A stretch of 64,000 nt of DNA from a virus. The number at the start of each line of letters is the position of its first letter. The first letter of the stretch is position 1. Shown piece after piece: positions 1 to 7,926 of this stretch. The stretch spans positions 23,959 to 87,958 of IMG/VR virus record IMGVR_UViG_3300030430_004034; one strand, given 5' to 3'. A model generated the notes under the pieces. The model saw only the letters and a program-made list of their open reading frames with translations, made no database searches and had not been told where the DNA came from. A program made the position numbers and the translations under genes.

Positions 1-125
1 ATCGCCGTCTGATTGCAGGGACAGTAGAGGCTCTACAAGAAAAGTTGGATGAGATTCTTCAAGGATACCTAGAAGAACAGTATGCTTTTGAGAAGGCAGA
101 CCTTGACTTTATGGAGGGCTGAAAA

Positions 126-533
126 ATGTTCACCTGTAGCATTTGCAAGAAGGAACATCAGCCTTGGAGCCTTGCTTTTCAAGAGCGTAAAGGCGGTAAA
201 GACATCTGCCGAGAGTGCAAATCAATGATGAAGCAAAGCCGTGCAGTTACCTCTTCCAACAAGAGGAGTCAAAACGCTATGACTGCTCTTGAGAATAGAG
301 TCTGGAACCTTGAGCAGAAGCAAAAAGACATGAGTTTTGCCGTTGATGTTTCAGTAAAGCATGCAACCGAGCACTTGGATTGGAAAGAAATTCTAAGTCC
401 TATTGTTGATGAACTTGTTGCTGAGAAAATATCCACGATGGAAAAAGAGGTAAAGTCTATGCAAAAGCAACTATTGAAGATGCACAGCAGAATGAAAAAC
501 CTTGTAGAAAAAAGAATTTGGGGAGATGATTAA
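126..533 (+). CDS. Zn-finger (CxxC...CxxC) plus coiled-coil hypothetical protein
   Basis: CSIC...CREC at the N-terminus, heptad-rich C-terminus, GGAGG upstream. Confidence 0.6.
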   Translation: MFTCSICKKEHQPWSLAFQERKGGKDICRECKSMMKQSRAVTSSNKRSQNAMTALENRVWNLEQKQKDMSFAVDVSVKHATEHLDWKEILSPIVDELVAEKISTMEKEVKSMQKQLLKMHSRMKNLVEKRIWGDD

Positions 534-535
534 AA

Positions 536-1705
536 ATGGACATACCAAGAGAAGCAATTGAATTAAGTTATGAAAGAGAAGGATACGAAACTGTTCAAGC
601 AAAAAGAGAGTTGGGCAACGGGCGATGGGACCGTGCCTTGAAAAAGAATCTTGTTTTGTTTTCTGAGGCAGATAACTACGACGAGGCCAAACTAGAGTGG
701 TTAGCCACAGGGAATGTTTGGTGGAAACCTTATTACGAAAATTCTTCTGAAGCCCCGGATTGGGTTCTTAACTCGTATCAGGGATACGGCAAGTGTCTTT
801 GTGGGCATCCTGTCAAGTATCACTTTGAGATTCAAAACACAGTGAACGGTAACATTGAGTGTGTAGGTAGTGACCACATCAACACCTACCTGATTATCCG
901 GGCTATTCGTGAATCTACAGGTCTCGCTGATGAATACATCACGGATGAAATGATTGCGGAATGGATTGATGTTCGGGTTGAAGGTATGAAAAAAGATTCT
1001 TGGTGGGAGCAACATGGTTCGGTGTTTGAATTCAAATTCAACAAAATTAAGGATTTAGATTTGCGAATCAATGTCCGAACGAAGGGACAATACTACGATA
1101 ATACTTCAGGCATGATGCGGGACAAGACTTTCATTAGAAAGCGGGCTATGGATGGAGAAATGGCCTCTATTGTTTGGCGATGGAACCATCCCAACAATCC
1201 AAAGGCGCAAATCATTACTCGTGGTTATCCCAACCGTAAACTCTTGGAAGACTTGGATGATTTCTACTACGAGTCCAAGAAGTATCAGGCAATCGCTGAT
1301 GCAGAGGACGAAATGCTTGAGAATAGAGTCAATCAGTCAAGAGAAATGCGGAAACAAAAAGAAATGGACATGGTGGCCGCTAGAATGCAATTCTACGGCA
1401 TTACGCACTACCCAGTCAAGAGGAAGACTACTCCTCTCAACAATTGGGAGAGTAGTTATGTAGAAGACATTGAAAGGCGGTTTGTGCGGCATCCAAGCAA
1501 GGCATTGTCTCAACATCAAATTGACAAGTTGTGGGAAATTTTCTGTCCGGCTACGGATAAGCAAAAGTCCTTCATGGCAAAACTAGGTTTCACCGAGGAA
1601 GAAGCACGGGTGACAAAAAGAACGGCTTCATCCTTGATTTCAAAGGCATTAGAAAAACAGGATGGCTTAAATAGTGAAGACGAGGTAGATGAAACAGGAG
1701 AGTGA
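536..1705 (+). CDS. Hypothetical protein with a Zn-binding CxCGH...CVGSDH motif
   Basis: 389-aa ORF containing GKCLCGHPVKYHF...CVGSDHI, a motif type common in viral proteins; function not assignable. Confidence 0.6.
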   Translation: MDIPREAIELSYEREGYETVQAKRELGNGRWDRALKKNLVLFSEADNYDEAKLEWLATGNVWWKPYYENSSEAPDWVLNSYQGYGKCLCGHPVKYHFEIQNTVNGNIECVGSDHINTYLIIRAIRESTGLADEYITDEMIAEWIDVRVEGMKKDSWWEQHGSVFEFKFNKIKDLDLRINVRTKGQYYDNTSGMMRDKTFIRKRAMDGEMASIVWRWNHPNNPKAQIITRGYPNRKLLEDLDDFYYESKKYQAIADAEDEMLENRVNQSREMRKQKEMDMVAARMQFYGITHYPVKRKTTPLNNWESSYVEDIERRFVRHPSKALSQHQIDKLWEIFCPATDKQKSFMAKLGFTEEEARVTKRTASSLISKALEKQDGLNSEDEVDETGE

Positions 1706-1706
1706 T

Positions 1707-1916
1707 ATGATGATTACACTGACAATTATGAATGAAACAGGACACACGGAATTGATGCTTGAGGCTTCTCAGGTCATTGAACAGATTGAAACGAACCCAA
1801 CCCATTGGATTTTCATTGATGGGGAATTGGTTGTGAGGTCGGAAATCGGAGAAGTGAATTGGGACACCGTTCAGTCGGTCCAACTCAGCCCCGCTATCGT
1901 TGGAGGGTGCTACTGA
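1707..1916 (+). CDS. Ubiquitin-like (beta-grasp, ThiS/MoaD/SAMP-like) protein with C-terminal GG-CY
   Basis: 69 aa from ATG 1707; the pattern ITLTI...WIFIDGELV...VQLSPAIVGG matches ThiS/MoaD/SAMP, followed by a 2-aa extension. Confidence 0.75.
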   Translation: MMITLTIMNETGHTELMLEASQVIEQIETNPTHWIFIDGELVVRSEIGEVNWDTVQSVQLSPAIVGGCY

Positions 1917-1959
1917 GTTAGCGTCCCCTCATAACACTACATCCTGTAGCGAATCGCTA

Positions 1960-2035
1960 TGCCCCTCTACAGAAACTACGAACACTGTAGAGAGGTGGTA
2001 CTGTCACTACTACCTCAACTCCCTGTAGAGGGGCA
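1960..2035. repeat. 13-bp perfect inverted repeat enclosing a second stem
   Basis: TGCCCCTCTACAG (1960-1972) / CTGTAGAGGGGCA (2023-2035); inner GAGGTGGTA (1992-2000) / TACTACCTC (2008-2016). Confidence 0.8.
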
Positions 2036-2042
2036 AAATAAA

Positions 2043-2270
2043 ATGAGAGTCGCTTTGGCGGCTTCAAAATGCTTTGAAGAAAAAGAAGCAACTTACTACT
2101 TAAACAGCAAACTCTACGAACAATTGTTTGACATAGAAGATGCTCTCAATGAAGGGTTTTCTCAATTCATTGAAAACCAAATTAAAGAATTAGATAGATT
2201 CAACGCCTATCACAGAAAAAATTGTACCGGGGAAGGTTGTGAATTATGCCAAACGACCCTGATTACATAG
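2043..2270 (+). CDS. Small hypothetical protein with a C-terminal H/C cluster
   Basis: The ORF track starts at 1959, but that 5' part is the inverted repeat, so ATG 2043 is more likely; ends HRKNCTGEGCELC. Confidence 0.45.
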   Translation: MRVALAASKCFEEKEATYYLNSKLYEQLFDIEDALNEGFSQFIENQIKELDRFNAYHRKNCTGEGCELCQTTLIT

Positions 2271-2408
2271 AATACTCAAGAGGTGGCAAGGTTGCCACAA
2301 AATGTAGAGTGTGCGGAGGCAACCTTTACACAGCGCAAGACATCAAACAAGAAGCGCACGAATCATGCCTCAAAGAATACAAAACAAAATTTAGAATGAT
2401 GTGATGAA

Positions 2409-3662
2409 ATGTTTTACAAATTGATTAATTTAACAACAAGAGGAGTGGACCGCCGTTCCGATACAGTCCAACGAAGAATTGGAATTGAAGTTTATGAGGA
2501 GAGCGAATGGCGCAAGAATTCTCAATACCGCCTATCGTCCTACAATGGTTGGAGGCACTGGGCAATAAAAACTCCAAGTCCCAGTTTTAAAATGGATTTT
2601 ACCGTTGAAACAGTAGCAAACGGATTTAAATCACTATTTACTGCTCATCTTTCTAGCACCAATAATAGAAAAAACATCTTGCTGTTTGATTTTAACGACT
2701 TTCATATTAGCGTAAAAAACGCTAGAGGAAGCGTCGTCTTGAATGGACAAACAATGACTCGGACGATTGCGGCAAGACATCTTGCGGCGCTGTGTTTTCA
2801 AACAAAAGATACTTACACGAGAGAGGAGGTAAGAGATAAATTTTTCAAAATTATTAGTATCCCCCCTGATGTAAATTACGCTATAATAAATCGTGCGCCG
2901 TATTCATTCTACAAAGAAGGAAAATACATCAAATGCAGGCTCAATGTAAAGCAAATCTCCTCTAAAGAGGTCGCCTTGGAAATAAGCGAGGGAGTTTGGG
3001 GCACTTTAACGATAAAGCAATTTTTAGGTTATCTTTCTCATTATCTACACGGAACAAATCGAGGGAGTTGGGCTTTTACCTCCCCGGAAAGGCTGTACGA
3101 AAGAGTGATGGGTAAGGAAGGACGAGAATCGGACATCAAAGTTATGAAAAGTTTCCTTATTCAAAACAGGACAAGCGACCTTGTGAATGAACGAGCAGAA
3201 GTCCTTCTAAAAGAAACGCTTGAAAAGCACAGTGGAAAAATCAAACACTACAGCGTAAGAAGCAATAACATTCTCTTTGTCCAAGGAATAGAAAACGACT
3301 GGGTTATCCGGTGGTCTCCTTATAACTCTGATAAAGAAGGAAGACAGTTGGTTAGAACACAGTATCTTGAAACTTCAATGATGGATACAGCCGCATGTTC
3401 ACTGACGAAAGAAAAATCATATTCTATTGCTAGGGGAGAGGACGATAATTGGATTGGTGTTTGTGTGGATAATCTACAAACAAACTCCCCTCAAGTTGAC
3501 CAAGCCATTTCTAGAGTCCTTGTTTGTCTGAACGATAAAGCCACCAAGCAAATGGTTTCCACAATGAGAAGCATTGATTCTGCGAAATACAGAATAGATT
3601 TTGATTCGTTTATTCAAAAAGAAGAGAATGTCATATTTTCATTAAAAAGGATGGCGAAGTAG
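2409..3662 (+). CDS. Hypothetical protein with a candidate E2-like C-terminal domain
   Basis: 417 aa; GVCVDNLQTNSPQVDQAISRVL resembles the E2 active-site segment; lies between the Ubl and E1 genes. Confidence 0.4.
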   Translation: MFYKLINLTTRGVDRRSDTVQRRIGIEVYEESEWRKNSQYRLSSYNGWRHWAIKTPSPSFKMDFTVETVANGFKSLFTAHLSSTNNRKNILLFDFNDFHISVKNARGSVVLNGQTMTRTIAARHLAALCFQTKDTYTREEVRDKFFKIISIPPDVNYAIINRAPYSFYKEGKYIKCRLNVKQISSKEVALEISEGVWGTLTIKQFLGYLSHYLHGTNRGSWAFTSPERLYERVMGKEGRESDIKVMKSFLIQNRTSDLVNERAEVLLKETLEKHSGKIKHYSVRSNNILFVQGIENDWVIRWSPYNSDKEGRQLVRTQYLETSMMDTAACSLTKEKSYSIARGEDDNWIGVCVDNLQTNSPQVDQAISRVLVCLNDKATKQMVSTMRSIDSAKYRIDFDSFIQKEENVIFSLKRMAK

Positions 3663-4484
3663 ATGTTGCCGTGCATAGAGTGCGGAGAAACCTCGTTTCA
3701 TTTTGATGAGCATTTGGGAGAGAGAGTCTGCGATAGTTGCGGTCTTGTGGTCGTGACTGAACCATTTGAACAAGAGGTTAGACTCTACGATAAAGACGGT
3801 AATTCTATCCGTTCAGCAGACAAAATTGTAGGTTCTAAAGCGGTCAATAAATATGACCGGGTGATGTCAACGCATGTGCTTAGGGGTTTGACCTTGAGCA
3901 AAATGTGCATGGCCTCTCTCACACAATCCCGCTCATTGATGAGCAGGATAGAAAACGCCTATTTGTCCTGTTTCCGGGCCGGTGTTTTTGGAATGACTAG
4001 TTATGAATGTAGAGCCACTGCCTTGACGCTGTACCTTCTCAGAGAACGAGACCTACCATATACATTATCGCAAGTCTGTGAAGAGTTTGGCTCAAACAAA
4101 AAAGATGTTTCTAGGCTAACTAAAAGGATAGCAAAGCATTTCGGGACAGCAGGAACAAATCAAATGAATTATCTCGGTCTTGTAGAAAAGCATGCTCTTT
4201 CATTGAAAGACCTAAGTTTTTCTAACTCATGCGGAAGAGTGTTTTCTAAATTTGAAGGTCTTGTTCAAGAGAGAGGGCAAACGCTCAAGCCAAATTATGT
4301 GGCGGCTACCCTCTACATCACCAGCCTACTTGAATACAAAAGGTTCACTCAAAAGCAGATTGGACAGGAGTGCGGTTGTTCTAACAGAACCGTTCGGGAA
4401 ATGACAAAAGAATTACTCGCCATGATTGGCAAAACAGAAAAAGAAATTAAAGGAAAGGGAATACAATGGCTTACTTCGGTGTAA
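3663..4484 (+). CDS. tfb: Transcription initiation factor IIB (TFB) homolog
   Basis: N-terminal Zn ribbon CIECG...D...GERVCDSCGLVV; two cyclin-like repeats (ATALTLYL / VAATLYI) with an HTH (TQKQIGQECGCSNRTVR). Confidence 0.9.
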   Translation: MLPCIECGETSFHFDEHLGERVCDSCGLVVVTEPFEQEVRLYDKDGNSIRSADKIVGSKAVNKYDRVMSTHVLRGLTLSKMCMASLTQSRSLMSRIENAYLSCFRAGVFGMTSYECRATALTLYLLRERDLPYTLSQVCEEFGSNKKDVSRLTKRIAKHFGTAGTNQMNYLGLVEKHALSLKDLSFSNSCGRVFSKFEGLVQERGQTLKPNYVAATLYITSLLEYKRFTQKQIGQECGCSNRTVREMTKELLAMIGKTEKEIKGKGIQWLTSV

Positions 4485-4648
4485 AAAAGGGAACAGGCAG
4501 GACTTATTGCAGGTTATGTTTAGGGGATATAGAGAAAGGACAGCCCGCTATTTATGTTAGCGGCTACCGAGCAGGTGGACAGGTCCACGCTTTGCCTGAA
4601 CATTGTCCATATCTTAGGAAAAAATTAGAAGAATTAAAGGAGGAATAA
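4466..4648 (+). CDS. Small PARP-type zinc-finger-like protein
   Basis: GRTYCRLCLGDIEKG...HALPEHC resembles zf-PARP (R-x2-C-x2-C-x3-I-x-KG...H...C). Confidence 0.5.
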   Translation: MAYFGVKKGTGRTYCRLCLGDIEKGQPAIYVSGYRAGGQVHALPEHCPYLRKKLEELKEE

Positions 4649-4650
4649 TA

Positions 4651-4911
4651 ATGACGAAAAATAAGAATAACTTTGGAACTTTCTTCGTTACTACGACGGA
4701 TTTTTCAAAACGAATAGTGGAAACAAATGTGGACGAGCAAGGACCGGAGGACAAACTCAAGTCAGGCGAATGCCGTAATAAAATCATCCGCAAAATACTG
4801 AAAATGAAATTGACTCCTTCCGACTTAGCATGGTTGGCGGAGGGACTTATGGACATTGTTTCTGAAATGGATGAAGCGGGTGTTGACTACAGCGATGAGG
4901 TGGAAATATGA
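4651..4911 (+). CDS. Hypothetical protein
   Basis: GGAGG SD, tightly packed in the operon. Confidence 0.55.
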   Translation: MTKNKNNFGTFFVTTTDFSKRIVETNVDEQGPEDKLKSGECRNKIIRKILKMKLTPSDLAWLAEGLMDIVSEMDEAGVDYSDEVEI

Positions 4912-5078
4912 AAATCATAGTTACGACATTAAAGAAATGCAAGGAATGTGGAGAGTTGAAATTGACTCAACATGACCTTTGTAGAGAATGCAGAGGAACG
5001 CCAAACACCACTGGCGATGAAAAACAACGGGGCTTTCTCCGTCGCATCCTTGATGATGTGAAAAAGAAGGAGGAATAG
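4908..5078 (+). CDS. Small Zn-finger protein (not in ORF track)
   Basis: MKIIVTTLKKCKECGELKLTQHDLCRECRG...; ATGA overlap with the upstream gene; ends 2 nt before E1. Confidence 0.6.
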   Translation: MKIIVTTLKKCKECGELKLTQHDLCRECRGTPNTTGDEKQRGFLRRILDDVKKKEE

Positions 5079-5080
5079 AA

Positions 5081-5638
5081 ATGAAAAGAAAAATACTGAT
5101 AATTGGAGCAGGTGGCATCGGGAGTTTCCTTGTACCACTTTTAGATAAGACGGGCCTTTACGCCATCAGCGTTAGCGACCCCGATACTGTAGAAACGAAG
5201 AATTTGACTTACCAAAACTTCAATGAGGAAGATGTAGGTTCTCTCAAGGTCATGGCCTTGCAGAAAAAGCACATGATTAGCCCCAACAAATTTCCTATCT
5301 TGACAGAGGGACAACTTGCTGGCTACGACCTTGTGGTTTGCTGTGTAGACAATTTGACCGCACGACGCCTTCTCTACCGCTCTCAGGGCTTCCCTTGGCT
5401 TGACCTACGAGCACAGGGTAGAAACTGCGCTTACATCACCTACAAGGCCGACCCTGCTACTTACGACACTTTGCTGTCCGGTCCCGATGGGAGTTTTTCT
5501 TGTCAAGGGGATGCTTGGGATGGCTCCAATGAGGCTGTCCACTTCATGCAGGTGGCGATTGCGGGTATCGGTGCTGAATGGATTCAGCGTTGGTTTAACG
5601 ACGAAGAAGTGAACGGGTTTGGAACCCTTTTTGTTTGA
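5081..5638 (+). CDS. ThiF/MoeB/E1-family ubiquitin-like activating enzyme (minimal)
   Basis: GAGGIGS, D-x-D-x-VE-x-KNL-x-YQ, DLVVCCVDN...AR, DLRAQGR; candidate catalytic Cys in FSCQ. Confidence 0.9.
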   Translation: MKRKILIIGAGGIGSFLVPLLDKTGLYAISVSDPDTVETKNLTYQNFNEEDVGSLKVMALQKKHMISPNKFPILTEGQLAGYDLVVCCVDNLTARRLLYRSQGFPWLDLRAQGRNCAYITYKADPATYDTLLSGPDGSFSCQGDAWDGSNEAVHFMQVAIAGIGAEWIQRWFNDEEVNGFGTLFV

Positions 5639-5647
5639 GGTGAAAAC

Positions 5648-6232
5648 ATGGAAAAGAAAACAACAGGAGAATTGATAGAAGAAATACGAACCAAGAAATC
5701 TGCTCATCAAATGTGGCTTAGGCGTAAAGTTGCCCCCTACATAACAAGCATTTGGGAAGACTTGCTGGAATCAGATGAAGGGTCAGGAAAAGACACCATT
5801 CACAGTCTTGAATTTCATGAGGCTATTTGGATGGCTTCAACTTGGCTACTACCCGGTCTTGAAGTCCAAGTTGTAGTTGATGATAATTGGAACCTTTTCA
5901 TTTCTTCAGGAACCGCAGGTTTTGTAGGGTTTCCAAAAGAACCCAAAGGAATGAAGTTGCCTATCCGTTGCTGGATTCATACCCACCCGTTTGGGAGCGC
6001 ATACTTTTCCGGCATTGATTGGAAAACGGTGTCTGTATGGGAGAAACATATGGATTGCGCCTATGTTCTAGGTGGAGGCAACCATTACGGTTTTTGGGAA
6101 CAAAAAAATCCCAACGAATTGACAATCTACCATGAACCCGTTGATGGCTTCAAGGATGAATTTAGAGTGCAAGTAAAGAGTGAAAGTCTCAACATACCTG
6201 AACCCGAAGGTGAGTTAGATGACATATACTGA
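5648..6232 (+). CDS. JAB/MPN+ (JAMM) metalloprotease
   Basis: Intact E...H-x-H-x7-S-x2-D motif (LEVQV...HTHPFGSAYFSGID). Confidence 0.88.
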   Translation: MEKKTTGELIEEIRTKKSAHQMWLRRKVAPYITSIWEDLLESDEGSGKDTIHSLEFHEAIWMASTWLLPGLEVQVVVDDNWNLFISSGTAGFVGFPKEPKGMKLPIRCWIHTHPFGSAYFSGIDWKTVSVWEKHMDCAYVLGGGNHYGFWEQKNPNELTIYHEPVDGFKDEFRVQVKSESLNIPEPEGELDDIY

Positions 6233-6440
6233 AAAGGACATTGGAAAGGTTATAACTTACGAGGGACACAATGGAACCCTAAAAGACGAAAGAATCGTTC
6301 ATGTGTATTGTCAAATCTGCTCTGCTCAATTTATTGGGCCAATCAGAGAAGCCGGTGGTTTTCTTGGAGCGCACGAGTTGTTCCACAACTGGGAGTTTGC
6401 CGCTATGATTCAAGAGAATAAAGGAGGCTTGGTTCCTTGA
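6219..6440 (+). CDS. Small C2H2-type Zn-finger protein
   Basis: CQIC...HELFH. Confidence 0.55.
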   Translation: MTYTEKDIGKVITYEGHNGTLKDERIVHVYCQICSAQFIGPIREAGGFLGAHELFHNWEFAAMIQENKGGLVP

Positions 6441-6537
6441 CCGAACGCAGAAAAAGCATCTTATTTTTCACAAGAGTTTGTTTCTACTGCACTGGAAGTC
6501 TTGCGTTCCTTGTCAACATCGGTATGGAGGTGACGGC

Positions 6538-7179
6538 GTGAGCCTACACGAGAATTTCGGGAAGGGAAACAAAGACGCCAACGCAAACCTTACGGCCAAC
6601 GATGTAGTTTACACTCCTAGAGAAATTGCTAGACAAATGATTGCTTTCTACACCGGGGATTTGTTGAGTGATTTTAGACCTAAAATGCCTAGTTTGGGAA
6701 ATAATAGGGGACTTGTTGTTCTTGACCCATGCCGTGGCGATGGTGCATTCTACGACCAATACCCTTCCTACTGCCAAAAAGAATGGTGTGAAATTACAGA
6801 CGGTCGTGACTTTTTTGATTGGAATGTGAAAGTGGATTGGATTATAACCAACCCACCCTATAGCATCTACGAAGAATTCTGTAAAAAGGCGTTTGAAATC
6901 GCAGATAATGTTTGTTTTCTTGTTCCCTTATCAAAAGTTGTGTCAAGTTTAGGTCGCATTCAAGCCACCATGGACTACGGAGGTTTTGTTTCTATTCACA
7001 TCATTGGTGCGAGCCAATGCGGTTTTCCGTTCGGGTTTCCAGCGGCGGCTGTCCACATGAAGAGAGGCTACGAAGGAAAAACTGAAATTAAGATGTGGGA
7101 AGATAAAACACAGAGAAGCCTTCTAGACTACGCCTCAATCGTTGACGAAGATGAAGAAGCCTACAAATATTCAGTATGA
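6538..7179 (+). CDS. DNA amino-methyltransferase (N6-adenine type, orphan)
   Basis: VYTP...VLDPCRGDGAF (motif I) and ITNPPY (motif IV); GTG start at 6538 after GGAGGTGA. Confidence 0.85.
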   Translation: MSLHENFGKGNKDANANLTANDVVYTPREIARQMIAFYTGDLLSDFRPKMPSLGNNRGLVVLDPCRGDGAFYDQYPSYCQKEWCEITDGRDFFDWNVKVDWIITNPPYSIYEEFCKKAFEIADNVCFLVPLSKVVSSLGRIQATMDYGGFVSIHIIGASQCGFPFGFPAAAVHMKRGYEGKTEIKMWEDKTQRSLLDYASIVDEDEEAYKYSV

Positions 7180-7194
7180 CGGGAGAGTATTTCA

Positions 7195-7380
7195 ATGAAT
7201 AAAATTCAGTATTGCTTTGATTGCGGAAACAGAATCAAGCGTTATCATAACTCAAGGTGGAACTTGCGACCTCATGAGGCTAAGCATTTAGATGATGTGT
7301 GCGAATGCGATGTGCCTTTGACTCAATACTCCGATTATGCGATTGCATTATTGGCTCAAATGAAGGTTCGTGATTTGTGA
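7195..7380 (+). CDS. Small Cys-rich hypothetical protein
   Basis: CFDC...CEC. Confidence 0.5.
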   Translation: MNKIQYCFDCGNRIKRYHNSRWNLRPHEAKHLDDVCECDVPLTQYSDYAIALLAQMKVRDL

Positions 7381-7607
7381 TGTTTAAGGAAAAGAGTGAT
7401 ACCATGAAATGCTACAAATGCAAAAGCGTGAATCTAGAAGTTTTCTATCCAAAGGATAGGAAGAGGAAAAAAATGAATCATATCGTTTACTGTCAGGACT
7501 GCAAGGCGATGAAATATGTTTTCATTTTAGGCAAAGACTCTGCGAAAATCAGAGAATACATGCAGATAGACGACTACATCAAAAGAGGAGACAATATATA
7601 TCGCTGA
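7377..7607 (+). CDS. Small Zn-ribbon protein
   Basis: CYKC...CQDC. Confidence 0.55.
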   Translation: MMFKEKSDTMKCYKCKSVNLEVFYPKDRKRKKMNHIVYCQDCKAMKYVFILGKDSAKIREYMQIDDYIKRGDNIYR

Positions 7608-7622
7608 AAATCTATTTTTCAC

Positions 7623-7835
7623 ATGAAGCATGTGGGAGACTGGGTAGTTGTGCAAATAGAAGAAAATGAGACATCTCATGGAATTATTTCAACCGATGAA
7701 AACAGTGGGAGAGTTGTCTCGTGTTCCGATAAGACACTGATTGGAAAAAAGGTGTTTTATTCCATTGGAGGGGCAAAGAAAACCGAGGGGTATGTCTTTG
7801 TTCCCTATGCCGATATTTACGGGGTGATAGAATGA
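7623..7835 (+). CDS. groES: GroES-like co-chaperonin
   Basis: VGDWVVV...ETSHGII...GRVVS...GKKVFY...YADIYGV; upstream of GroEL. Confidence 0.75.
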   Translation: MKHVGDWVVVQIEENETSHGIISTDENSGRVVSCSDKTLIGKKVFYSIGGAKKTEGYVFVPYADIYGVIE

Positions 7836-7926
7836 CAAAAATAAAAGAAATGACAGAAGAACAAAAGAAAATTTGGAAGAACGAAATTCAAAAACTCAAG
7901 AAGAAACTTCGCAAAGAGGAATGAAA

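Noticed and set aside
126-533. Internal WKEILS as another leader copy
   Set aside because: Mid-protein, lacks the Lys and is not at a domain start
5081-5638. Thiamine or molybdopterin biosynthesis auxiliary gene
   Set aside because: No thiG, moaE, rhodanese or cysteine desulfurase partners; the JAB and capped Ubl context favours conjugation, although sulfur transfer is not formally excluded
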